From Utricularia gibba (lineage: Eukaryota; Plantae; Magnoliophyta), in NCBI GenBank assembly GCA_002189035.1, contig NEEC01000254.1, forward strand, positions 1 to 53,024: DNA of 53,024 nt, written 5' to 3'. Of the stretch, positions 1 to 13,527 are shown in pieces (within the stretch, counting starts at the first letter, position 1; each line of letters opens with the position of its first letter). The position numbers were made by a program, and so were the translations under genes. The notes beneath the pieces were generated by a model, which saw nothing but the letters and a program-made list of their open reading frames with translations, did no database searches and was not told where the DNA came from.

Positions 1-3000
1 CCGAACGGTGTGCGAGGCCACCATGAGGCTGCGGGTAGGACACACCAGAGCTTGTTCAGAGATCGCATCGAAACCCATACTTCACGTCATCCAATAAAAC
101 GCAGATCTTTTGCAAGCGAAAATCACAATCGCGTCGATTCTCGTGTTCCGAGTCGCATCGTCGCGAACGTGGTGGCCAATTTGTGGCACATCTGAAGGCT
201 ATAAGGCGATAATTCGAGCTCTGATGCATCCTCGGACGAAGATGCTTTCAACACGGAAGCTGACCGGCACGGAAAGGGGTTCGAAACGGTATGCCGAGCG
301 CAGCGTGACTCATCACGGTTTTCAGGATATCACGAAATACCGAACGGTGTGCGAGGCCACCATGAGGCTGCGGGTAGGGACACACCCAGAGCTTGTTCAG
401 AGATCGCATCGAAAACCCATACTTCACGTCATCCAATAAAACGCAGATCTTTTGCAAGCCGAAATCACAATCGCGTCGATTCTCGTGTTCCGAAACTCAT
501 CGTCGCGAACGTGGTGGCCAATTTGTGGCACATCTGAAGGCTAATATAAGGCGATAATTCGAGCTCTGATGCATCCTCGGACGAAGATGCTTTCAACACG
601 GAAGCTGACCGGCACGGAAAGGGGTTCGAAACGGTATGCCGGGCGCAGCGTGACTCATCTTGATCTTCAAGATATCGACGAGATGCCGAACGGTGTGCGA
701 GGCCACCATGAGGCTGCGGGTAGGAACACACCTAGAGCTTGTTCAGAGATCGCTCGAAAACCCATACTTCACGTCACCCAATAAAACGCAGATGTTTTGC
801 AAGGCGAAAATCACAATCGCGTCGATTCTCGTGTTCCGAGTCGCATCGTCGCGAACGTGGTGGCCAATTTGTGGCACATCTGAAGGCTATATAAGGCGAT
901 AATTCGAGCTCTGATGCATCCTCGGACGAAGATGCTTTCAACACGGAAGCTGACCGGCACGGAAAGGGTTCGAAACGGTATGCCGGGCGCAGCGTGACTC
1001 ATCACGTTTTCAGGATATCGCCGAAATACCGAACGGTGTGCGAGGCCACCATGAGGCTGCGGGTAGGGACACACCCAGAGCTTGTTCAGAGATCGCTCGA
1101 AAACCCATACTTCACGTCATCCAATAAAACGCAGATCTTTTGCAAGCGAAAATCACAATCGCGTCGATTCTCGTGTTCCGAAACGCATCGTCGCGAACGT
1201 GGTGGCCAATTTGTGGCACATCTGAAGGCTAATATAAGGCGATAATTCGAGCTCTGATGCATCCTCGGACGAAGATGCTTTCAACACGGAAGCTGACCGG
1301 CACGGAAAGGGGTTCGAAACGGTATGCCGGGCGCAGCGTGACTCATCTTGATTTCAAGATATCGACGAGATGCCGAACGGTGTGCGAGGCCACCATGAGG
1401 CTGCGGGTAGGGACACACCCAGAGCTTGTTCAGAGATCGCCTCGAAAACCCATACTTCACGTCATCCAATAAAACGCAGATGTTTTGCAAGGCCGAAAAT
1501 CACAATCGCGTCGATTCTCGTGTTCCGAACGCATCGTCGCGAACGTGGTGGCCAATTTGTGGCACATCTGAAGGCTAATATAAGGCGATAATTCGAGCTC
1601 TGATGCATCCTCGGACGAAGATGCTTTCAACACGGAAGCTGACCGGCACGGAAGGGTTCGAAACGGTATGCCGGGCGCAGCGTGACTCATCTTGATCTTC
1701 AAGATATCGACGAGATGCCGAACGGTGTGCGAGGCCACCATGAGGCTGCGGGTAGGAACACACCTAGAGCTTGTTCAGAGATCGCTCGAAAACCCATACT
1801 TCACGTCACCCAATAAAACGCAGATGTTTTGCAAGGCGAAAATCACAATCGCGTCGATTCTCGTGTTCCGAGTCGCATCGTCGCGAACGTGGTGGCCAAT
1901 TTGTGGCACATCTGAAGGCTAATATAAGGCGATAATTCGAGCTCTGATGCATCCTCGGACGAAGATGCTTTCAACACGGAAGCTGACCGGCACGGAAAGG
2001 GGTTCGAAACGGTATGCCGAGCGCAGCGTGACTCATCACGGTTTTCAGGATATCGCCGAAATACCGAACGGTGTGCGAGGCCACCATGAGGCTGCGGGTA
2101 GGGACACACCCAGAGCTTGTTCAGAGATCGCTCGAAAACCCATACTTCACGTCATCCAATAAAACGCAGATCTTTTGCAAGCCGAAAATCACAATCGCGT
2201 CGATTCTCGTGTTCCGAAACTCATCGTCGCGAACGTGGTGGCCAATTTGTGGCACATCTGAAGGCTAATATAAGGCGATAATTCGAGCTCTGATGCATCC
2301 TCGGACGAAGATGCTTTCAACACGGAAGCTGACCGGCACGGAAAGGGTTCGAAACGGTATGCCGGCGCGCAGCGTGACTCATCGGATATCACGAGATACC
2401 GAACGGTGTGCGAGGCCACCATGAGGCTGCGGGTAGGAACACACCAGAGCTTGTTCAGAGATCGCTCGAAAACCCATACTTCACGTCACCCAATAAAACG
2501 CAGATGTTTTGCAAGCGAAAATCACAATCGCGTCGATTCTCGTGTTCCGAGTCATCGTCGCGAACGTGGTGGCCAATTTGTGGCACATCTGAAGGCTAAT
2601 ATAAGGCGATAATTCGAGCTCTGATGCATCCTCGGACGAAGATGCTTTCAACACGGAAGCTGACCGGCACGGAAAGGGGTTCGAAACGGTATGCCGGCGC
2701 AGCGTGACTCATCACGGTTTTCAGGATATCACGAAATACCGAACGGTGTGCGGCCACCATGAGGCTGCGGGTAGGGACACACCCAGAGCTTGTTCAGAGA
2801 TCGCATCGAAAACCCATACTTCACGTCATCCAATAAAACGCAGATCTTTTGCAAGCGAAAATCACAATCGCGTCGATTCTCGTGTTCCGAACTCATCGTC
2901 GCGAACGTGGTGGCCAATTTGTGGCACATCTGAAGGCTAATATAAGGCGATAATTCGAGCTCTGATGCATCCTCGGACGAAGATGCTTTCAACACGGAAG

Positions 3001-6000
3001 CTGACCGGCACGGAAAGGGGTTCGAAACGGTATGCCGAGCGCAGCGTGACTCATCACGGTTTTCAGGATATCGCCGAATACCGAACGGTGTGCGAGGCCA
3101 CCATGAGGCTGCGGGTAGGGACACCCAGAGCTTGTTCAGAGATCGCTCGAAAACCCATACTTCACGTCATCCAATAAAACGCAGATGTTTTGCAAGCCGA
3201 AAATCACAATCGCGTCGATTCTCGTGTTCCGAAACTCATCGTCGCGAACGTGGTGGCCAATTTGTGGCACATCTGAAGGCTAATATAAGGCGATAATTCG
3301 AGCTCTGATGCATCCTCGGACGAAGATGCTTTCAACACGGAAGCTGACCGGCACGGAAGGGGTTCGAAACGGTATGCCGGGCGCAGCGTGACTCATCTTG
3401 ATCTTCAAGATATCGACGAGATGCCGAACGGTGTGCGAGGCCACCATGAGGCTGCGGGTAGGACACCCAGAGCTTGTTCAGAGATCGCCTCGAAAACCCA
3501 TACTTCACGTCACCCAATAAAACGCAGATGTTTTGCAAGGCGAAAATCACAATCGCGTCGATTCTCGTGTTCCGAGTCGCATCGTCGCGAACGTGGTGGC
3601 CAATTTGTGGCACATCTGAAGGCTACTATAAGGCGATAATTCGAGCTCTGATGCATCCTCGGACGAAGATGCTTTCAACACGGAAGCTGACCGGCACGGA
3701 AAGGGGTTCGAAACGGTATGCCGGCGCAGCGTGACTCATCGTTTTCAGGATATCGCCGAAATACCGAACGGTGTGCGAGGCCACCATGAGGCTGCGGGTA
3801 GGGACACACCCAGAGCTTGTTCAGAGATCGCTCGAAAACCCATACTTCACGTCATCCAATAAAACGCAGATCTTTTGCAAGCGAAAATCACAATCGCGTC
3901 GATTCTCGTGTTCCGAAACTCATCGTCGCGAACGTGGTGGCCAATTTGTGGCACATCTGAAGGCTAATATAAGGCGATAATTCGAGCTCTGATGCATCCT
4001 CGGACGAAGATGCTTTCAACACGGAAGCTGACCGGCACGGAAAGGGGTTCGAAACGGGTATGCCGGCGCAGCGTGACTCATCACGGTTTTCAGGATATCG
4101 CCGAATGCCGAACGGTGTGCGAGGCCACCATGAGGCTGCGGTAGGACACACCAGAGCTTTGAGATCGCTCGAAAACCCATACTTCACGTCATCCAATAAA
4201 ACGCAGATCTTTTGCAAGCGAAAATCACAATCGCGTCGATTCTCGTGTTCCGAAACTCATCGTCGCGAACGTGGTGGCCAATTTGTGGCACATCTGAAGG
4301 CTAATATAAGGCGATAATTCGAGCTCTGATGCATCCTCGGACGAAGATGCTTTCAACACGGAAGCTGACCGGCACGGAAGGGGTTCGAAACGGTATGCCG
4401 GCGCAGCGTGACTCATCACTTCAGATATCCCGAATACCGAACGGTGTGCGAGGCCACCATGAGGCTGCGGGTAGGGACACACCCAGAGCTTGTTCAGAGA
4501 TCGCTCGAAAACCCATACTTCACGTCATCCAATAAAACGCAGATTTTGCAAGCGAAAATCACAATCGCGTCGATTCTCGTGTTCCGAACATCGTCGCGAA
4601 CGTGGTGGCCAATTTGTGGCACATCTGAAGGCTAATATAAGGCGATAATTCGAGCTCTGATGCATCCTCGGACGAAGATGCTTTCAACACGGAAGCTGAC
4701 CGGCACGGGAAGGGGTTCGAAACGGTATGCCGGCGCAGCGTGACTCATCACTTGATATTGACGAACGGTGTGCGAGGCCACCATGCGACACACCCAGAGC
4801 TTGTTCAGCCTCGAAAACCCATACTTCACGTCATCCAATAAAACGCAGATCTTTTGCAAAGCCGAAAATCACAATCGCGTCGATTCTCGTGTTCCGCATC
4901 GTCGCGAACGTGGTGGCCAATTTGTGGCACATCTGAAGGCTAATATAAGGCGATAATTCGAGCTCTGATGCATCCTCGGACGAAGATGCTTTCAACACGG
5001 AAGCTGACCGGCACGGAAAGGGGTTCGAAACGGTATGCCGGCGCAGCGGACTCATCACTTCATCGAGACCGAACGGTGTGCGAGGCCACCATGAGGCTGC
5101 GGGTAGGGACACACCAGAGCTTGTTCAGAGAGATCGCTCGAAAACCATACTTCACGTCATCCAATAAAACGCAGATGTTTTGCAAGCGAAATCAATCGCG
5201 TCGATTCTCGTGTTCCGAGTCATCGTCGCGAACGTGGTGGCCAATTTGTGGCACATCTGAAGGCTAATATAAGGCGATAATTCGAGCTCTGATGCATCCT
5301 CGGACGAAGATGCTTTCAACACGGAAGCTGACCGGCACGGAAAGGGGTTCGAAACGGTATGCCGAGCGCAGCGTGACTCATCACGGTTTTCAGGATATCG
5401 CCGAATACCGAACGGTGTGCGAGGCCACCATGAGGCTGCGGGTAGGGACACACCCAGAGCTTGTTCAGAGATCGCATCGAAAACCCATACTTCACGTCAT
5501 CCAATAAAACGCAGATCTTTTGCAAGCCGAAAATCACAATCGCGTCGATTCTCGTGTTCCGAAACTCATCGTCGCGAACGTGGTGGCCAATTTGTGGCAC
5601 ATCTGAAGGCTAATATAAGGCGATAATTCGAGCTCTGATGCATCCTCGGACGAAGATGCTTTCAACACGGAAGCTGACCGGCACGGAAGGGTTCGAAACG
5701 GTATGCCGGGCGCAGCGTGACTCATCTTGATCTTCAAGATATCGACGAGATGCCGAACGTGTGCGAGGCCACCATGAGGCTGCGGGTAGGACACACCAGA
5801 GCTTGTTCAGAGATCGCTCGAAAACCCATACTTCACGTCACCCAATAAAACGCAGATGTTTTGCAAGGCGAAAATCACAATCGCGTCGATTCTCGTGTTC
5901 CGAGTCGCATCGTCGCGAACGTGGTGGCCAATTTGTGGCACATCTGAAGGCTAATATAAGGCGATAATTCGAGCTCTGATGCATCCTCGGACGAAGATGC

Positions 6001-9000
6001 TTTCAACACGGAAGCTGACCGGCACGGAAAGGGGTTCGAAACGGTATGCCGGCGCAGCGTGACTCATCACGGTTTTCAGATATCGACGAAATACCGAACG
6101 GTGTGCGAGGCCACCATGAGGCTGCGGGTAGGACACACCCAGAGCTTGTTCAGAGATCCTCGAAAACCCATACTTCACGTCATCCAATAAAACGCAGATC
6201 TTTTGCAAGCCGAAAATCACAATCGCGTCGATTCTCGTGTTCCGAAACGCATCGTCGCGAACGTGGTGGCCAATTTGTGGCACATCTGAAGGCTAATATA
6301 AGGCGATAATTCGAGCTCTGATGCATCCTCGGACGAAGATGCTTTCAACACGGAAGCTGACCGGCACGGAAAGGGGTTCGAAACGGTATGCCGAGCGCAG
6401 CGTGACTCATCACGGTTTCAGGATATCGCCGAAATACCGAACGGTGTGCGAGGCCACCATGAGGCTGCGGGTAGGGACACACCCAGAGCTTGTTCAGAGA
6501 TCGCTCGAAAACCCATACTTCACGTCATCCAATAAAACGCAGATTTTGCAAGCCGAAAATCACAATCGCGTCGATTCTCGTGTTCCGAAACTCATCGTCG
6601 CGAACGTGGTGGCCAATTTGTGGCACATCTGAAGGCTAATATAAGGCGATAATTCGAGCTCTGATGCATCCTCGGACGAAGATGCTTTCAACACGGAAGC
6701 TGACCGGCACGGAAGGGGTTCGAAACGGTATGCCGGGCGCAGCGTGACTCATCTTGATCTTCAAGATATCGACGAGATGCCGAACGGTGTGCGAGGCCAC
6801 CATGAGGCTGCGGGTAGGAACACACCTAGAGCTTGTTCAGAGATCGCCTCGAAAACCCATACTTCACGTCACCCAATAAAACGCAGATGTTTTGCAAGGC
6901 GAAAATCACAATCGCGTCGATTCTCGTGTTCCGAGTCGCATCGTCGCGAACGTGGTGGCCAATTTGTGGCACATCTGAAGGCTATATAAGGCGATAATTC
7001 GAGCTCTGATGCATCCTCGGACGAAGATGCTTTCAACGGAAGCTGACCGGCACGGAAAGGGTTCGAAACGGTATGCCGGCGCAGCGTGACTCATCACGGT
7101 TTTCAGGATATCGCCGAAATACCGAACGGTGTGCGAGGCCACCATGAGGCTGCGGGTAGGGACACCCAGAGCTTGTTCAGAGATCGCTCGAAAACCCATA
7201 CTTCACGTCATCCAATAAAACGCAGATCTTTTGCAAGCCGAAAATCACAATCGCGTCGATTCTCGTGTTCCGAACTCATCGTCGCGAACGTGGTGGCCAA
7301 TTTGTGGCACATCTGAAGGCTAATATAAGGCGATAATTCGAGCTCTGATGCATCCTCGGACGAAGATGCTTTCAACACGGAAGCTGACCGGCACGGAAAG
7401 GGGTTCGAAACGGTATGCCGGCGCAGCGTGACTCATCATGATCTTCAAGATATCGACGAGATGCCGAACGGTGTGCGAGGCCACCATGAGGCTGCGGGTA
7501 GGGAACACACCCAGAGCTTGTTCAGAGATCGCCTCGAAAACCCATACTTCACGTCACCCAATAAAACGCAGATGTTTTGCAAGCGAAAATCACAATCGCG
7601 TCGATTCTCGTGTTCCGAGTCGCATCGTCGCGAACGTGGTGGCCAATTTGTGGCACATCTGAAGGCTAATATAAGGCGATAATTCGAGCTCTGATGCATC
7701 CTCGGACGAAGATGCTTTCAACACGGAAGCTGACCGGCACGGAAAGGGGTTCGAAACGGTATGCCGGCGCAGCGTGACTCATCACGGTTTTCAGGATATC
7801 CGAAATACCGAACGGTGTGCGAGGCCACCATGAGGCTGCGGGTAGGACACACCCAGAGCTTGTTCAGAGATCGCATCGAAAACCCATACTTCACGTCATC
7901 CAATAAAACGCAGATCTTTTGCAAGCCGAAAATCACAATCGCGTCGATTCTCGTGTTCCGAAACTCATCGTCGCGAACGTGGTGGCCAATTTGTGCACAT
8001 CTGAAGGCTAATATAAGGCGATAATTCGAGCTCTGATGCATCCTCGGACGAAGATGCTTTCAACACGGAAGCTGACCGGCACGGAAAGGGGTTCGAAACG
8101 GTATGCCGGAGCGCAGCGTGACTCATCACGGTTTTCAGGATATCACGAAATACCGAACGGTGTGCGAGGCCACCATGAGGCTGCGGGTAGGACACACCCT
8201 TGTTCAGAGATCGCTCGAAAACCCATACTTCACGTCATCCAATAAAACGCAGATCTTTTGCAAGCCGAAAATCACAATCGCGTCGATTCTCGTGTTCCGA
8301 ACTCATCGTCGCGAACGTGGTGGCCAATTTGTGGCACATCTGAAGGCTAATATAAGGCGATAATTCGAGCTCTGATGCATCCTCGGACGAAGATGCTTTC
8401 AACACGGAAGCTGACCGGCACGGAAAGGGGTTCGAAACGGTATGCCGGCGCAGCGTGACTCATCACGTTTTCAGGATATCGACGAATACCGAACGGTGTG
8501 CGAGGCCACCATGAGGCTGCGGGTAGGACACACCCAGAGCTTGTTCAGAGATCGCTCGAAAACCCATACTTCACGTCATCCAATAAAACGCAGATGTTTT
8601 GCAAGCCGAAAATCACAATCGCGTCGATTCTCGTGTTCCGAACGCATCGTCGCGAACGTGGTGGCCAATTTGTGGCACATCTGAAGGCTAATATAAGGCG
8701 ATAATTCGAGCTCTGATGCATCCTCGGACGAAGATGCTTTCAACACGGAAGCTGACCGGCACGGAAAGGGGTTCGAAACGGTATGCCGAGCGCAGCGTGA
8801 CTCATCACGGTTTTCAGGATATCCCGAAATACCGAACGGTGTGCGAGGCCACCATGAGGCTGCGGGTAGGGACACACCCAGAGCTTGTTCAGAGATCGCA
8901 TCGAAAACCCATACTTCACGTCATCCAATAAAACGCAGATCTTTTGCAAGCCGAAAATCACAATCGCGTCGATTCTCGTGTTCCGAAACTCATCGTCGCG

Positions 9001-9053
9001 AACGTGGTGGCCAATTTGTGGCACATCTGAAGGCTAATATAAGGCGATAATTC

Positions 9054-9400
9054 GAGCTCTGATGCATCCTCGGACGAAGATGCTTTCAACACGGAAGCTG
9101 ACCGGCACGGAAAGGGGTTCGAAACGGTATGCCGGGCGCAGCGTGACTCATCTTGATCTTCAAGATATCGACGAGATGCCGAACGGTGTGCGAGGCCACC
9201 ATGAGGCTGCGGGTAGGAACACACCTAGAGCTTGTTCAGAGATCGCCTCGAAAACCCATACTTCACGTCACCCAATAAAACGCAGATGTTTTGCAAGGCG
9301 AAAATCACAATCGCGTCGATTCTCGTGTTCCGAGTCGCATCGTCGCGAACGTGGTGGCCAATTTGTGGCACATCTGAAGGCTAATATAAGGCGATAATTC
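9054..9400 (+). repeat. Reference monomer, subfamily B1 (347 bp)
   Basis: Diagnostic alleles: gccgGgc, catcTTGATCTTCAAGATATCGACGAGATGcc, gtaggAacacaccTag, gatcgcCtcg, gtcaCcc, agatGtttt, caagGcg, ccgaGTcGcat. The same or a near-identical haplotype recurs in units near 561, 1595, 6655, 11804, 13875 and 15900. Confidence 0.9.
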
Positions 9401-10431
9401 GAGCTCTGATGCATCCTCGGACGAAGATGCTTTCAACACGGAAGCTGACCGGCACGGAAAGGGGTTCGAAACGGTATGCCGAGCGCAGCGTGACTCACAT
9501 TTTCAGGATATCGCCGAAATACCGAACGGTGTGCGAGGCCACCATGAGGCTGCGGGTAGGACACACCCAGAGCTTGTTCAGAGATCGCATCGAAAACCCA
9601 TACTTCACGTCATCCAATAAAACGCAGATCTTTTGCAAGCCGAAAATCACAATCGCGTCGATTCTCGTGTTCCGAAACTCATCGTCGCGAACGTGGTGGC
9701 CAATTTGTGGCACATCTGAAGGCTAATATAAGGCGATAATTCGAGCTCTGATGCATCCTCGGACGAAGATGCTTTCAACACGGAAGCTGACCGGCACGGA
9801 AAGGGGTTCGAAACGGTATGCCGGGCGCAGCGTGACTCATCATGATCTTCAAGATATCGACGAGATGCCGAACGGTGTGCGAGGCCACCATGAGGCTGCG
9901 GGTAGGGACACACCCAGAGCTTGTTCAGAGATCGCCTCGAAAACCCATACTTCACGTCACCCAATAAAACGCAGATGTTTTGCAAGGCGAAAATCACAAT
10001 CGCGTCGATTCTCGTGTTCCGAGTCGCATCGTCGCGAACGTGGTGGCCAATTTGTGGCACATCTGAAGGCTATATAAGGCGATAATTCGAGCTCTGATGC
10101 ATCCTCGGACGAAGATGCTTTCAACACGGAAGCTGACCGGCACGGAAAGGGGTTCGAAACGGTATGCCGAGCGCAGCGTGACTCATCACTTTTCAGGATA
10201 TCGCCGAATACCGAACGGTGTGCGAGGCCACCATGAGGCTGCGGGTAGGGACACACCCAGAGCTTGTTCAGAGATCGCATCGAAAACCCATACTTCACGT
10301 CATCCAATAAAACGCAGATCTTTTGCAAGCCGAAAATCACAATCGCGTCGATTCTCGTGTTCCGAACTCATCGTCGCGAACGTGGTGGCCAATTTGTGGC
10401 ACATCTGAAGGCTAATATAAGGCGATAATTC

Positions 10432-10778
10432 GAGCTCTGATGCATCCTCGGACGAAGATGCTTTCAACACGGAAGCTGACCGGCACGGAAAGGGGTTCGA
10501 AACGGTATGCCGGGCGCAGCGTGACTCATCATGATCTTCAAGATATCGACGAGATGCCGAACGGTGTGCGAGGCCACCATGAGGCTGCGGGTAGGGACAC
10601 ACCCAGAGCTTGTTCAGAGATCGCCTCGAAAACCCATACTTCACGTCACCCAATAAAACGCAGATGTTTTGCAAGGCGAAAATCACAATCGCGTCGATTC
10701 TCGTGTTCCGAGTCGCATCGTCGCGAACGTGGTGGCCAATTTGTGGCACATCTGAAGGCTAATATAAGGCGATAATTC
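10432..10778 (+). repeat. Reference monomer, subfamily B2 (347 bp; B1 carrying three A-type alleles)
   Basis: catcAtgatcttc plus gtaggGacacaccCag on an otherwise B1 background. The unit at 9743 is the same haplotype; near-identical units start at 7340, 11122 and 12493. Confidence 0.75.
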
Positions 10779-13527
10779 GAGCTCTGATGCATCCTCGGAC
10801 GAAGATGCTTTCAACACGGAAGCTGACCGGCACGGAAAGGGGTTCGAAACGGTATGCCGAGCGCAGCGTGACTCATCACGGTTTTCAGATATCGCCGAAA
10901 CCGAACGGTGTGCGAGGCCACCATGAGGCTGCGGGTAGGGACACACCCAGAGCTTGTTCAGAGATCGCTCGAAAACCCATACTTCACGTCATCCAATAAA
11001 ACGCAGATCTTTTGCAAGCCGAAAATCACAATCGCGTCGATTCTCGTGTTCCGAAACTCATCGTCGCGAACGTGGTGGCCAATTTGTGGCACATCTGAAG
11101 GCTAATATAAGGCGATAATTCGAGCTCTGATGCATCCTCGGACGATGCTTTCAACACGGAAGCTGACCGGCACGGAAGGGGTTCGAAACGGTATGCCGGC
11201 GCAGCGTGACTCATCATGATTTCAAGATATCGACGAGATGCCGAACGGTGTGCGAGGCCACCATGAGGCTGCGGGTAGGACACACCAGAGCTTGTTCAGA
11301 GATCGCCTCGAAAACCCATACTTCACGTCACCCAATAAAACGCAGATGTTTTGCAAGGCGAAAATCACAATCGCGTCGATTCTCGTGTTCCGAGTCGCAT
11401 CGTCGCGAACGTGGTGGCCAATTTGTGGCACATCTGAAGCTAATATAAGGCGATAATTCGAGCTCTGATGCATCCTCGGACGAAGATGCTTTCAACACGG
11501 AAGCTGACCGGCACGGAAAGGGGTTCGAAACGGTATGCCGAGCGCAGCGTGACTCATCACGGTTTTCAGGATATCGCCGAAATACCGAACGGTGTGCGAG
11601 GCCACCATGAGGCTGCGGGTAGGGACACACCCAGAGCTTGTTCAGAGATCGCATCGAAAACCCATACTTCACGTCATCCAATAAAACGATCTTTTGCAAG
11701 CCGAAAATCACAATCGCGTCGATTCTCGTGTTCCGAAACTCATCGTCGCGAACGTGGTGGCCAATTTGTGGCACATCTGAAGGCTAATATAAGGCGATAA
11801 TTCGAGCTCTGATGCATCCTCGGACGAAGATGCTTTCAACACGGAAGCTGACCGGCACGGAAAGGGGTTCGAAACGGTATGCCGGGCGCAGCGTGACTCA
11901 TCTTGATCTTCAAGATATCGACGAGATGCCGAACGGTGTGCGAGGCCACCATGAGGCTGCGGGTAGGAACACACCTAGAGCTTGTTCAGAGATCGCCTCG
12001 AAAACCCATACTTCACGTCACCCAATAAAACGCAGATGTTTTGCAAGGCGAAAATCACAATCGCGTCGATTCTCGTGTTCCGAGTCGCATCGTCGCGAAC
12101 GTGGTGGCCAATTTGTGGCACATCTGAAGGCTAATATAAGGCGATAATTCGAGCTGATGCATCCTCGGACGAAGATGCTTTCAACACGGAAGCTGACCGG
12201 CACGGAAAGGGGTTCGAAACGGTATGCCGGGCGCAGCGTGACTCATCACGGTTTTCAGGATATCGCCGAAATACCGAACGGTGTGCGAGGCCACCATGAG
12301 GCTGCGGGTAGGGACACACCCAGAGCTTGTTCAGAGATCCCTCGAAAACCCATACTTCACGTCATCCAATAAAACGCAGATCTTTTGCAAGCCGAAAATC
12401 ACAATCGCGTCGATTCTCGTGTTCCGAAACTCATCGTCGCGAACGTGGTGGCCAATTTGTGGCACATCTGAAGGCTAATAAGGCGATAATTCGAGCTCTG
12501 ATGCATCCTCGGACGAAGATGCTTTCAACACGGAAGCTGACCGGCACGGAAAGGGGTTCGAAACGGTATGCCGGCGCAGCGTGACTCATCATGATCTTCA
12601 GATATCGACGAGATGCCGAACGGTGTGCGAGGCCACCATGAGGCTGCGGGTAGGGACACACCCCAGAGCTTGTTCAGAGATCGCCTCGAAAACCCATACT
12701 TCACGTCACCCAATAAAACGCAGATGTTTTGCAAGGCGAAAATCACAATCGCGTCGATTCTCGTGTTCCGAGTCGCATCGTCGCGAACGTGGTGGCCAAT
12801 TTGTGGCACATCTGAAGGCTAATATAAGGCGATAATTCGAGCTCTGATGCATCCTCGGACGAAGATGCTTTCAACACGGAAGCTGACCGGCACGGAAAGG
12901 GGTTCGAAACGGTATGCCGAGCGCAGCGTGACTCATCACGGTTTCAGGATATCGCCGAAATACCGAACGGTGTGCGAGGCCACCATGAGGCTGCGGGTAG
13001 GGACACACCCAGAGCTTGTTCAGAGATCGCTCGAAAACCCATACTTCACGTCATCCAATAAAACGCAGATCTTTTGCAAGCCGAAAATCACAATCGCGTC
13101 GATTCTCGTGTTCCGAAACTCATCGTCGCGACGTGGTGGCCAATTTGTGGCACATCTGAAGGCTAATATAAGGCGATAATTCGAGCTCTGATGCATCCTC
13201 GGACGAAGATGCTTTCAACACGGAAGCTGACCGGCACGGAAAGGGGTTCGAAACGGTATGCGGCGCAGCGTGACTCATCACGGTTTTCAGGATATCGCCG
13301 AAATACCGAACGGTGTGCGAGGCCACCATGAGGCTGCGGGTAGGGACACACCCAGAGCTTGTTCAGAGATCGCATCGAAAACCCATACTTCACGTCACCC
13401 AATAAAACGATGTTTTTTGCAAGGCGAAAATCACAATCGCGTCGATTCTCGTGTTCCGAGTCGCATCGTCCGCGAACGTGGTGGCCAATTTGTGGCACAT
13501 CTGAAGGCTAATATAAGGCGATAATTC

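Larger units (their letters stand above)
8708..13182 (+). repeat. Dimeric higher-order repeat block (A-B)x6 plus A; error-free dimer 694 bp
   Basis: Units starting 8708 A, 9054 B, 9401 A, 9743 B, 10089 A, 10432 B, 10779 A, 11122 B, 11460 A, 11804 B, 12151 A, 12493 B and 12839 A alternate strictly at linked diagnostic sites. Observed dimer lengths are 681-693 bp. Confidence 0.85.
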
